In this document: positions 50,491-63,045 of the stretch, piece after piece
How the letters are laid out: each line of letters begins with the position of its first letter
How positions within the stretch are numbered: position 1 is the first letter of the stretch
Source: Octopus sinensis
Taxonomy: Eukaryota
Reading direction: 5' to 3'
NCBI RefSeq assembly: GCF_006345805.1
Contig: NC_043008.1
Location: 73,966,001 to 74,030,000 of the forward strand
Length of the DNA stretch: 64,000 bases
Translations under genes and position numbers: made by a program
The notes under the pieces: model-generated
Databases searched by the model: none
What the model saw: only the letters and a program-made list of their open reading frames with translations
What the model was told of the DNA's origin: nothing

Positions 50491-50712
50491 GTGTTACAGA
50501 TTAGAAAAATAATGACCTTTTAATGTTCAACATTTCAGAGTGGACATTGTAGAATAATGATAAGTTTCAAGAGAGTTGAATCGATGAAGCTATTTGCATC
50601 CTGGTATGCCATTTAAACATTCAATTTCGTCAGTATACTCACTATTCCCTATATATACATGTGTGTATGTGTGAGTGCGTGTGTGTGTGCATATGTGTGT
50701 GTGTACGTGTGT

Positions 50713-50776
<64 letters not shown>

Positions 50777-51912
50777 TGTGTGTGTGTGTGTGTGTGTGTT
50801 TAAGAAAATAAAATTGATAAAATCGAACGATCGACATCAATCTTTTAACATAAATCCAATTTCGAATAACCTTAATTTCTTACAACCTACAGTTAATATG
50901 AAAAAAGTTACTGAAATTATAAATTGACTATCAAGCAAATATAAGTAGTTTTTGTTTTAATTAAAATGATAGTTAGAATATAAATTAATATTAAAGTAAA
51001 ATATAGTAAATATTAATTAATTAATAGATATAACTTTCTAAATACTAATGTATTTCTCAAATATCATCCTTTGTATCTTCTCATTATTGATAATAAAATA
51101 ATATACTGTACCCAAATCTTGATGACGTAGAATGCAGCTACGGTATCATAGAAAGCAGATTGAATACGTCATAGTCATATGGTACACAGTAAACAATAAC
51201 TAAGATTTATAGCTTAAATAGAATTAATTTTAAAATTAGTGATTAATTGCTAAAACTAGCAGTTATGGCTAAGTGACCGAGAAAATAATTCTTAGGTAAT
51301 TAAAAAGCTATACTGGCATTTCATACTCTCACAAGTAATAATGAAAATTTAAGGATAAATAGTTTTACTTACAGTTTACTGTATCGAAGGTATTGTTTAT
51401 GCAACTAAACGGTTCCTTTGTTTTCCAAATATATTAACACGCATACGCACGTAGATACTATTAAATAATAATAAAACAATATTACATATACACAAGTAAC
51501 AGTGTTTTAAAAGCATTGGTATGCACACATACACACATCTGAATTTAATGCAGAGTCTACCAAGGATCGCTCATTCCATTGAGATGTGATTCCTTTTCTT
51601 TCGATTTCTAAGCCTGATGAAATATTCAATTCACTATATTCAAAATGCATCTTTAATTTAATTATTTGTAATTTGAATTAATTGAACATGGAAACAATTG
51701 CAGGTTATAAGAAATTGAGGTTATTCGAAATTGGATTTGTGTTAATAAATTGATGTCTATCAGTCGATTTCTCCATGTTCTTTTTCTCATACATAAAGGA
51801 TAAAATATTAATATACCCATTTGCATCGATGAGAAGCTAACATCCCTTTAAGAGGTATTTACATCCTCACAATAATAAATATGCACACACAGACGCACAC
51901 ACATACACTCCA

Positions 51913-51946
<34 letters not shown>

Positions 51947-51951
51947 ACACA

Positions 51952-51987
<36 letters not shown>

Positions 51988-52323
51988 GAAGGTTTGAAAA
52001 TGCAATTTTAAAGATGTTTATTCACTTTACCGGTGTCCCTTTTTTTTTGAGATATAGATTGTTAAAAGTAAAATGTAAAGCTTTGTTTTGTCACAAAATA
52101 TTACAATACATATATACATTCTTTGATAATAATAAGAAAATGGGAAAAACAGTTTACAAGGAAATATCTTGAGAAAATATTAAACAAAAATGTCAATAAA
52201 AATATTAGGATTTCATTAAAAATCATGTTATTTGGAAGTATCTATATATATATATACGCAGAAAAGTATTAGTCCAAAAAAAGTCATATTTGGTAGTATA
52301 TATATATACACAGAAGGAGATAT

Positions 52324-52440
52324 ATTTAGGAGTTTACAAAGAATTTGAGATGAACTGAACTGTTTTAGGATTTTTCGTTTCGCACAAAACGAAAAATGCT
52401 AAAACAGGTCAGTTCTCAAATTCTTTGTAAACTCCTAAAT
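52324..52440. repeat. Fold-back hairpin with ~54-bp arms
   Basis: 27-bp perfect outer stem (52324-52350 / 52414-52440), 3-nt bulge, 27-bp inner stem with 2 mismatches, 6-nt loop CGCACA. Confidence 0.92.
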
Positions 52441-52679
52441 AAATTTTATCCTATATTAGTAGTATATATATATATATATATGTATATCACGAGCAAGATG
52501 TACTGTCTAATCACACTTACAGATATTTACATGACACTACCTTTTGTAGTTTAATATATTAGTATTTTAAAGCTGTCATTCATGCACAATACAGGCACTT
52601 CGCACTGGATGTGATTTGTTGAATATAACAGAAATGGAATGAAGCAACATTACGGGGTACTCCACACACCCACCCACTC

Positions 52680-53150
52680 TAATACTGCAGCCATGTCCTG
52701 AATATTCGGCTCTTTAGCACAATTATCTCTCTCTTGGTCTTGGTGTATTCCAAACTTTTGGTTCTCCCAAGCTGCCAATAACGATCTTTACGCTTGTTGT
52801 TCACCTCTTCAATCGCCCTTCAGGTTTTGATCGCTGCAAGTTCCAATATTCTAGATCACAGTCATAGGCCTTGTGAATTGGCTTACTCGCTGAATGTAGT
52901 TACCCAGACTGGTGCTTTGATGTATATCATATCATCGTATACAGGTCACATTCTGTATCCAATTTGACATTCACAGCGAAGAGAGTGAAGTCTAAAACGT
53001 ACAGGCAGGTCATGAATACAACTGCGATAACTCACTTCTCTTCCATTGCAAGCCAATGAAATGTCTGTCAATCATACACTGCTGATGTACTGAGATACTC
53101 CAGGTTCACAAACCAGTTCTTTTTGTACATCATTGATCATTATTGCTAAA
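52680..53150 (-). mobile_element. Highly decayed R4/Dong-like LINE 3' fragment
   Basis: Scattered minus-strand motifs in the expected order: DTEC.LY..I.YI, LGNYI, .ILEL, IVIGSLG. Confidence 0.4.
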
Positions 53151-53270
53151 ATTCCCGTATGCTAAATTTTCAAAGGCATCATATTTTAATGAGATAAAGG
53201 CACCTACAAACTTCCTAACGACAATTTGAGTATCAATTTGTGCAGCAGTAGTAGAAAACTCAGCACTCAC

Positions 53271-53331
53271 GTGCATAACTTTCGAGATCATTGGAAAACA
53301 CTGGTAATTTCACTTCAGCAAGGCGACTATC
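53271..53331 (-). other. Candidate 61-nt internal exon
   Basis: Minus strand TTTTCTTCCCTCTTCTCTCTCAG| ... |GTGAGT; open in phase 0 as DSRLAEVKLPVFSNDLESYA. Confidence 0.35.
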
Positions 53332-54182
53332 CTGAGAGAGAAGAGGGAAGAAAATATATAAAAAGAAAATGACGAAGGTATTTGTATGGTTAACATTCAT
53401 AAATATACGTTCAACTGAATCTCTTATATTCACATTATATAAACTATTTGAAGTTGAGGTAATTTTCCTTAAAGTTCGAAATATGCAGCGTGCTGCTTTC
53501 ATTTGATTTGCAGACCTCATTTATCATCTAATCTACTCGCTATCTGTTACTTTTCTCCTGAAATTTCGCTTCTAATTTACTTTTCTATCTTCTTCCTCTG
53601 TTAGTAGAAAATCTGATGAACCGGAATATGTCACTGCGTTATTTTATTAGAAACCCATCTTCTGCAACCAACAATACACCTTTTCCTTTACTCTGCTAAT
53701 ACTGTACGTGACGACAAGTATTGATTAGTAGATTAGATTTATCCTAATCAAAATGTATTCCCAGATCCCAGTAGAGATCTACCAAATGAAGAAAACAAAA
53801 TGGAAGAAATGGTTAGTAATAAGACAAACGGTAAATAGCTGCAGAGAAAAAACAAAAAATAGCAAGAAGGTTTAGAGACAGTATTTAGGAATTTATTAAC
53901 AAATTCATGACTAATGAAATAAATATTAAGTTATTTCTTCATTCTAAATTGCTCGCACGGATTTGATTCAAGTATGAGGGTAATTATATATATTTTATAA
54001 ATTTGGTCTATTATAGGCCAGTTACGATTCAAGAGGTGAAACTTAAATGATCAAGCGTAATAACTGCCAATGATGATGAATATAGAGTGCAACTGAAGAC
54101 TTCAATATGGTTATATGGAGACAGTTGTCTATATTGGTTTATAACGCATTATATATATATATAGATATATATATATATATAT

Positions 54183-54223
<41 letters not shown>

Positions 54224-54394
54224 TAGATAGATAGATAGGTAGATATATAGATAGATGGGTAGATATAGATATATATATGCTTATGTAGATATGATATATA
54301 TATGTGTGTGTGTGTGTGTGTGAATGTATTTACATATGTATGGATGTATGTACATATTGTTTTATAACAATGCATAAAAGTGTGTATCACATGT

Positions 54395-55170
54395 TCAATG
54401 CTGTACAACGTCTGCTACTACTTGACTCAGTTGCCAATTCTCAGATTTACTAATATGTAAATAGATAACATGTCCAAAATTTAAATGTTTGGAAAGGATT
54501 TGGTTTGATAGAATAGCTATGGGGTTCATTAAAATGCAAATCCCGTCAAAGTCAACTTTGACGGTGGAGCAGGGTATAAGTGTTTTTTTGTACCATTCAA
54601 TTATCGCCTTCAAATTGACTGAACAAAACGTCTGTCAAATTTACAGCCTCGATGATATATTAGAAAGGATCATTAAATGTAAAAGCACATTATGAGTAAA
54701 AATATTAAATTTTGTTTTCTTCTCCATATTAATTATGAAGTCGATTCCTGAGAATACAAGCCATTCGAAAGGGGAAAGATTTGTGGGGCATTCATCTGTT
54801 TTGATGTCTAAATGTTCCATGGGTTTGATAGTCCCTTGGGAAGGACTAAAAATAAATCTCTCTTGATAACTGCTACAAATTTTATTTTGTCTACTGGACA
54901 TCCAAACTCTCCTATTATTTCATCTTTAATTAAGCATATATTGAGATATTTTCTATTTTCTTTTCTCAAGGAATTGTAGCGACTATTATGGACATTCTCT
55001 TTTGTTATGTCATGCAAAATATAATCAAAATCCCATAGCATTGTTAGTTTCCTTGAGAGCCTTTCATGGTGCTTGATTGTACACTTATCATGACACTTCT
55101 TATATGGCTTTTGGGATGACATTTTGTAGCGAGCCAAGATATCTTCGAATTTTCCACTCAGTAATGACAT
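54395..55170 (-). pseudogene. Unassigned ~260-codon coding remnant (1 frameshift, 2 in-frame stops)
   Basis: ORFs 54808-55170, 54641-54901 and 54395-54613 are contiguous. The last two share a frame (288 nt apart). Non-repetitive, globular-looking sequence with no TE motif recognised. Confidence 0.45.
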
Positions 55171-55619
55171 AAATGTATATATGTGTGTGCGTGCGTGTGT
55201 GCATGTAAGTATGTAATATATATATATACAGAGAGAGAGACAGACAGACAGAGAGAGACAGAGACAGAGACAGAGACAGAGACAGACAGACAGACAGAAA
55301 GAACGAGAGAGGGGAGAGAGAGCGACGATGGCTTAACTGTACGATGTTAACTGTCGACAATATTCGTGTTTAAGAATAATACTCTACAAAAGTGTAGAGT
55401 AACCCCTCAGATTAATGTAAAATTGTTTTTATTGTAACCAAACAAAAAAAAAAACATATATATTTATATGTAATGCAATGAGAAATAAATAAGACTTATA
55501 AACTTGGCACACAACAAGGACCTGTCAACATACGCGCTGTATACACTTACGAAGTAACTAAGTAAACGGACAGATAATTAAAAAGACAACAGCGAAAGTC
55601 TCTCTATTCTAGTAGCATT

Positions 55620-55790
55620 TTTATCACCATCTGATCGCGGCTAGAAAACCTGACATTGTTGTAGAGAATACCAAAGCAATTATTGTGGATATTGCTTCCA
55701 TGTGAGACCACAGGATGAATGAGAAAGAAAGTGAGAAAGTTAAGATATATCTCAGCTGCGGGCCTTGTACCAAAGCTTAAAACCATTATT
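55620..55790 (+). mobile_element. R4/Dong-clade RLE endonuclease fragment
   Basis: HHLIAARKPDIVVEN.TKAIIVDIASM*DHRMNEKESEKVKIY. Confidence 0.65.
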
Positions 55791-55805
55791 ATCATTATTA
55801 TTATT

Positions 55806-55920
55806 CAGGCGGTGAGTCGTCGTTAGCGAGCCGGACAAAATGCCTTAATGCTCATTCACCCTTTCGAGGTCGATGAAATATGCATCACTTGTGCCCTGGA
55901 CTCAATATAATCGACAAGTC
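55806..55920 (+). mobile_element. SINE family B, internally deleted
   Basis: AGGCGGTGAG..TCGTTAGCGAGCCGGACAAAATGC...CACCCTTTCGAGGTCGATGAAATA. Confidence 0.6.
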
Positions 55921-55924
55921 TCCT

Positions 55925-56790
55925 CTTCCTTCTTCTTTTTAGGTCCGTTGCTGCCTTTGAGCTGCACATTGGGCAGTCAATGATTGCTAATTATCTCCTT
56001 TTCTGGTAAAGCGGTATGCTTATTCCCAGGCGATGTTCAGTCTGCGAAGGTCTTCTTTGAAGTTACTACGCCATGTTTTCCTTGGCCGGCCACTTTGTCT
56101 CTCACTTTCGAACGGCATTCAGCCCATGGCTGTTTTGATAAGCCTTTCTGATGGCAGTTTTAGTAAGTCTCCAGCCATTCTTATTCGTCGTTCATTTTAC
56201 AATTACATGCAAGTGCCTTATATTGCTGCTTGGAGAATGGCTCATTTGTCATGAGTGATTCTCAGGATCTTTCTAAGATACTGCTGATAAAATACATCGA
56301 GTTGACGAGCGATCTTTGTTATCTTCCAGGTCTCAGCAGCATAAATCGTTATTAGCAGTATTGTTGTTTTGTACATACGAATCTTCAGCTCTATACTTAT
56401 GTTATTGATACACCAATGTGTTGTCAGTCTTCTAAATGCTTCTGATGCCTTGCCAATTCTGCAGCTGATATCTTGATAACCGTTGTTTGTCACTACGCTT
56501 CTTAGATATGAGAGGCTTGTAACTTCCTTGACTGGTTCTTGTCCAACTTTCACTGTACACTTTCTTCTTGTTTCCCAACTTGCATTACTTTCATTTTTTT
56601 GACTGCTAATTCTTAGCCCAGTTTTGCCGCTTCCCTTTCCATTTTTGTTATCATTTCTTGTAGTGTTGGGTGATTCTCAGCCAACAGACTAATGTCATCG
56701 GCAAAATCCAAGGGTGTTTCTCCCCGTCCATAGTATACCTACAGCCGATTCCACCATTGATCTTCACATAACAATCGACTAGTCCCATCT
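55925..56790 (-). mobile_element. RTE-clade LINE 3' fragment (RT C-terminus and tail)
   Basis: DFADDISLLA (~56710-56680); VKEVTSLSYLRSVV...DISCRIGKASEAFRRL...LKIRMYKTTIL..TIYAAETW...LDVF.Q..LRKILRI; W.RPRK; AAG-rich tail. Confidence 0.9.
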
Positions 56791-57337
56791 CCAAAATTTC
56801 AGGCCTTCTTACTATATTATAAAGCTTTATTTTTGTTGTGAGCGGGGAGCGGGATGACGGAGTCGTTAGTATGCAGAAAAATACCTTGGGAGTTTGTTCC
56901 GGCTTTTGTCTGTTCTCAGTTCAAATAACCCCGAAAACAGATTTACTCTTTCACGCAGTCAATAAAATAACGAGTCAACTGGGATCGATGGCAGTAACTT
57001 ACGTCGATCCCTCAGCATTGGCAGCCTATATCTTAAATTAGAAACCATTATTATCCTCGTCCTCATCTTTAACACGACCACTATATTTATATTTATTATC
57101 GTGTTATCTATTTGAATCTCCTTGCTAAGTGTATATGTGAGATCCAATTTCCTTTAGTTAGCGTAAGACATAAATTATGACTGCTTCATGACATCGACAC
57201 GTTACAGGGACATAACAGAATATGAACATAACAACATAATTAGGCCGATTAGAACTCGGGATCGACACTATGATATTACAAAATTGCTCAAGGTATACGG
57301 AGGTTTAATTACCACATTTACCAACATATGAACATCA

Positions 57338-57392
<55 letters not shown>

Positions 57393-58481
57393 ATAGATAG
57401 ATATAGAGATAGTTACAAATATATATATATATGTAAGTATGTATGCATATACACTTACATATATGTGTGTGTATGCGTGTATGTGTGTGTGTGTGAGTAT
57501 TGAGAAAGAGCAAAAGAATGTCAATTGTGTCGAAAAGGGAGATGTAGTTTTGTCTAATTATTGTCACGTGTAAAACCATTTTACAGGAATATTACAGGAT
57601 CAGAAGATTTAATCAAATAAAATGGAATATTTATTTTGAAGATTTCCTTTAAAATCGAACGACCAATTTGATTCTATCAACTCATAGAATTAATCCGTAA
57701 ATATACATTTATTATTTTCCATTTCTTTTATTCTCTTTTGCTTTTCATATATTTTTGTTGACGTGCTTTCACCATTCCGTCTCAATATAATGCATTGAAG
57801 AGATTGGAGCTCGTGATTAGAAGCTATATTTTTATTGGTTAGAATGTAATATAACATTATATGTGTGTGTGTATGTTTGCGTGTGAGTGTGTGTGTGTGT
57901 TTTATTTGCTGCATCATGTGTGCGTCTTATGCCCATTGCTTGTGTCTGCTTGTGCGCATCCGTGCTTCTGTGCGTCATGTTGCAATCGTCTTTGTTTCTA
58001 CGCCATATTGTTTTATTCTTAACAGCCATTAATCTCTCAATTAAAAAGAAAATAAATCAATAAATATATAGAAAATACTGACAAAAAAATAAACAAATAA
58101 ACAATGCCATCGCTATTCGGCTAAAATATAAATAGCTTCTAGTTGCTGGAATTATCAATAGTTTCGTCCACTGCAAAGTAAATATAAGCCTGGTATCAAA
58201 CGAAAGAACTAAAATTCAGAATAATTAAGCATGCGTATTAGAAGGATTGAAATGAAGACATATGTAAGCCGGGACGTGTTTTATGCGATGTTATGGGGAG
58301 AAATAAAAATTTAAAAGCACCAAATTTACACCAATTTTACTTTTCAATCATGTTAGTGAAAACTTAAGTCTATGGATTACTTTTCAGGGAAAGATTTTAT
58401 TTCTTTTATTTTCTCAATTTTGATTTTTTGAAACGAAAGAGAAAATGCTAAGAGCATAATAAAACATCATCGCGTTCAGTA

Positions 58482-58518
<37 letters not shown>

Positions 58519-59734
58519 GCACATATTATGTATATATGCGGTAATATGTATATGTACGCCCGCATACATACACGCGTATATGTATATGAAAGTATATATA
58601 CGTGCACATTCATTCATATTTATACACACATGCACTCGCATTTACATAAGCATATGCATATATACACATATATTCATGTGTGGGAGAGAGAGAAAGAGAA
58701 AAATAGTGAAGGAAAGTGGGTGAGAGAAAGAAAGTGAGAGGTTTTGTGTATATTAAAGTAAAATTTCTTTTCACTTTCTTTTTATCCATGCGAATGCGTA
58801 TTAGAATTTTCTCGAATTGGCAACAAAACTGGTCAAATAATTATTTGTTGGAAATTTCAATTTAATTTTACTTGCAAATACCTTAATTTTATGATTAAAA
58901 ATTTAAGTTGGATATAAATTTTATAACGTGTAAATTACGATACTTTGAATAATGAAGCAGCAAGAAAGAAATGATAATGAAGGCAATAGAAAATTCCGTT
59001 TTTAGAGAATCAGTAAATACTTTTGAAATAATAAACAAAGTCTTGTACTTGCATATGGCAAATAGTACTATATTCTAAAATATCCGCGTTGATTACATTA
59101 GTAATGCAATGTTTAAAGTCGTATTTTCCTAATATAAGTGGAATTATTCTTAAAATTCTGCAGGACCTTTTAGGTATCAAGTTGCTGAATGTTATCGATG
59201 TTATCAAGTTATTGAATATATACAGCTTCTATTCTTACATCCATCAGTTCAAAACTAATACCATATCTTTATCAAAAAATTGATGGTCAGCTATGTCTGT
59301 CACTGAACTAAGAGTTCAGACTTTCTGAATGATTTTATGATTGACAGAAGCTTAAGAAAGTGTCGCTAAAGGATGGCCTGTCTCACTCTGAAATACACTC
59401 ACGGAAAAGTGTCCTGAAAATTTTAGGCAGAAATGGCGAGCATTTACATCATTTCGGTGGTGTACTTCAACTTTGTCGTTGTAGCTTGCGCAGGGATCAT
59501 CCGACTACTCTTGGACGTATAGCATTATGCTTCATGTAGTAATGAAAGGTTCCGCTGCGAACCACGTCTGTTTGTTTCCAACTTCGTCTGCATGGAGTAC
59601 TTGGGTTGCTATGGGTATGACTCTTGTTTTATGGAATGACTATATGTATATTATATATGTGTGTGTATGTTTTTGTGCCGGTGCATGAGCCATAATATTT
59701 GCCATTAACTATTTAACTTCACTAAGCATGCCAG

Positions 59735-60110
59735 TACGGTAAGAAAATCGCTTCTCAGTGTTCCAGATTCAACTCACTGCATGGCATCTGCGGCGTCTCC
59801 AACTATAGCTTCGTTCGAACCAAAGTCTTGCGAATGGATTCGGTAGACGGAAACCGAAAGAAGCACGTCGTATATACATGTGTGTGTGTGTGTGCGCGTG
59901 TGTGTTAGTGTCTGTATTTGTCCCTCGTCACCGCTTGACAACTGGTGTTAGTGTGTTTATGTCCTGTAAATTAGCTGTTTGGCAAAGATACCGGTGGAAT
60001 AAGTGCTAGGCTTACAGAAAATAAGCTCTGGGGTCGATTTGTTCGACAAAGTCACTTCAAGGCGGTGACCCAGAATGGCCGGTGTCAAATGACGGCATCA
60101 AGTAAAAGAT
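59735..60110 (+). mobile_element. SINE family A, diverged complete copy
   Basis: GGTAGACGGAAACCGAAAGAAGCACGTCGTAT...CCGCTTGACAAC...GGGGTCGATTTGTTCGAC...CAAGTAAAAGA. Confidence 0.85.
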
Positions 60111-60824
60111 GTAAATATTCATCTAAACATAATTTCCGTTGCTCTGTAACCATTTAACTGAAGATTATTATAAAGCGATGAAAGTACTGGTGACAATACT
60201 AAAGAATAATGAGAATATAAAAAGTAACTCCAGGTATGTTGGGATTTGAATGACTAATATATATATATATATACAATTTTCAACTAGGGAATTTCTTTCT
60301 GCCCCCCCCCCTCTCTTTTATTATATACTTATATACATGCACACACAAGCACACGCACGTACTACTATTTGATATTCTCTTACGTCGACTTCTGCATACA
60401 AAGTTCCAGCACCTAATATTAAAACAAGCTATTAAGTTACCGTTACAGAATTTCTGTTTCAGTGAAGAAGACCTGTACAAGATTAGTCACATTGTTTGAA
60501 GATGTAGTTAGTAGAAAGTCGTGTAAATATTTGACACAAACTCAATGAACGTCATATGTCAGGCTTTTCTGCTAGAGTTATCCAATACCCGGGTTAATTG
60601 CCTTTCGCCTGCGCTTAAATTCCAACACACCTTTGTAGGCAATATACATACGTGAGCACAAAACGACAAATTTAAAAGTCCTTGCACTATCGCGTAGACA
60701 AAAAAGGAAACACAAACACATACCCACACACTTATCTATAACATATACCTGGATAGCAGTTGCCTGTTCTGAGCCGAATCACCCTTTGATTCTTTCAGTG
60801 CGTGTATATATATATATATATATA

Positions 60825-60904
60825 TTATAGAAGGAGCTTCTACAGGACTAGAACTGTTTCATTCAAATGAAACAGTTCTAGTCCTGTAGAAGCTCCTTCT
60901 ATAA
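60825..60904. repeat. Perfect 39-bp-arm palindrome with a 2-nt spacer
   Basis: TTATAGAAGGAGCTTCTACAGGACTAGAACTGTTTCATT-CA-AATGAAACAGTTCTAGTCCTGTAGAAGCTCCTTCTATAA. Confidence 0.97.
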
Positions 60905-60975
60905 AATAAATTAATTTACTCTGCTATGTATTGAGTACCTTATTTACTGTGGTTAACCCCGACTCAACCGGGACC

Positions 60976-61024
<49 letters not shown>

Positions 61025-61030
<6 letters not shown>

Positions 61031-61295
61031 TCATTTCTATTGTCCTGAAATCTTCACACATTTGTGACATCCCCAGTGACACTTTCCGTCTTCGTGTGTG
61101 CTCTGGCTCTGCTTAATTCATTCTGTTCTTCTATTATGTGTATCATTATAAGCATATAAGGATACACATCATAGAAGAACAGGGAATAAGCAGAGCTAGA
61201 GCACACACGAAAACGGCAAGTTTTGATGACGAGGTCACAGATGTGTGACAAAAGATTTCCGGAAAATGAAATTGAGTTAGAATAAGAATAGTAAT
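61025..61295. repeat. Imperfect fold-back with ~125-bp arms; same family as the single copy at ~15390-15535
   Basis: Arms meet at ~61151-61154. The block ...CACAT(T/C)TGTGAC...TCGTGTGTGCTC...TTCTA(T)GATGTGTAT is present at 61050-61145 (+), 61160-61260 (-) and 15435-15525 (+). Confidence 0.8.
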
Positions 61296-61431
61296 ACACG
61301 AGTAATGAAGGAATATATAGTTTCTGTGCTTATTTGGCAAAAAAAGCATGAACATACTGAAATACAGCAGTATCCCTTTCAACACTCGACTTCACATCAG
61401 GAGTCTTGCAACACAAATTCATAAACCATAT

Positions 61432-61506
<75 letters not shown>

Positions 61507-62581
61507 TGGGGTTATGTTTTTCTATAAACATGATCCGATAATTAAATCGTTGGTAAATTTATGTAATTATACTGTATGCCATTTCTGTGGAAATTTAATG
61601 ATTATTTTCTCTCGTATTGATTTACATTTTTATATATATTTCAGTGCAGTTTTCTTCGACAATCGGATTGTGTCATTCATGACGTTTTAAATGAATATAA
61701 AATTGGAAGAGCGTCAGAATAGCTAATCATCTTTTATCTGGAATTCTTTCATAACCCTAATTTTGTAGTACAATATTGGCTGTAGTGTGTGACTTTGTAC
61801 GTAATAAATAGTTTGTTTCTTAGTGTTTTGTGAATGAAGCAATATGAGGTTAATGGCGGCTCTACACTTCACCTACTGGCTATATTATATCATAACCTAA
61901 GGATCTATACTAATAAGGTTGATTAAGAATCTAACTGCTTTACACTTCGTGGCTTTTCACAAAGCAAGCTTTAAATTAGCTCTCGACTTCTGAACCTAAT
62001 TATTAAAATAAAATCATAAATGCTAATTAGGATTATTGTTTAAGGGCAAATCAGATTAGTGAACTGCTTGCGTTGCTTCAATGTATTACAAATAATCGAT
62101 GGAGAAAGCAGTAAAATCTCGGAGCATACTTCAAACATGACGCTGTTATTGAAATATAAACATATATAACACTGATGAAAACCATAACAAAGTGAAATAA
62201 ATATAAATTATAACTTAAATTTATGAAATATTTGTTCAATAAATATTTATTGAATATATAAGTTCTCTTAAGACATAATGTCGAAAAATAATAGGACCGT
62301 TTATCAAAGCAAAACTATTCACTAAATTCCTGTTCACCTTTAACCAATTACTTAATCTAATACTGTAGTGAGTCACTTTGAATCTTTATATAACCCTGTG
62401 TGTCAGTGTATCAGAATGTGGTATACTGCAGTGTAGTATGCCTATAAACAAGATACTTACATTTGTCATATCTTAAGTGTTGTATGGAACAGAAAGCTAT
62501 ATATGTGTGTGTGTGTATGAATGTATGTATGTATATTTATGCATGCATATGTATGTATATGTATGCATGTATTTATATCGT

Positions 62582-62885
62582 GAAGGCATGACCCAGTGGT
62601 TAGAGCATCGAGCTTATTGTGAGGTTGTGAGTTCAATTATCGGACAGGGCTGTGTGTTTCGTCCCTGAGCAAGGCACTTTACTTCATGTCACTCCAGTCC
62701 ACTCATCTGTAAAAATGAGTTGTGACATCGCTTTTGCCAAGCTGTATCTACCTTTCACTCGGTTAACATCGGTGGCCTGAAGACGGAAGGCTAGTATGCA
62801 TGGGTGACTACTGTTCTTCTATTAACAACATGGACTGGACTTCTGTATCGGCGGCTAAATTTCTAAGTGCAATCCCGAGGTGAGG
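62582..62885 (+). mobile_element. tRNA-derived SINE, family D, with a conserved central-domain-like block
   Basis: A box TGACCCAGTGG, B box GAGTTCAATT, then GTCCCTGAGCAAGGCACTTTACTTCA...CTCCAGTCCACTCA.CTGTAAAAATGAG, resembling the central domains of ancient SINE superfamilies. Confidence 0.75.
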
Positions 62886-62890
62886 TCCTT

Positions 62891-62968
<78 letters not shown>

Positions 62969-62979
62969 ATATATATATA

Positions 62980-63014
<35 letters not shown>

Positions 63015-63045
63015 CGCGAGAAAGAAGCAACAAGAATGGATAGGT

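Noticed and set aside
51607-51652. CTGATGA-AATAT..ATATT-CAAAA-TGCA-TC hammerhead-like string
   Set aside because: G12 is absent and there is no helix I complementarity.
62167-62236. CTGATGA...GAAA-TA-TT with an AACA/TGTT helix I
   Set aside because: No helix II closes next to the core, and the sequence is very AT-rich, so a chance match is likely.
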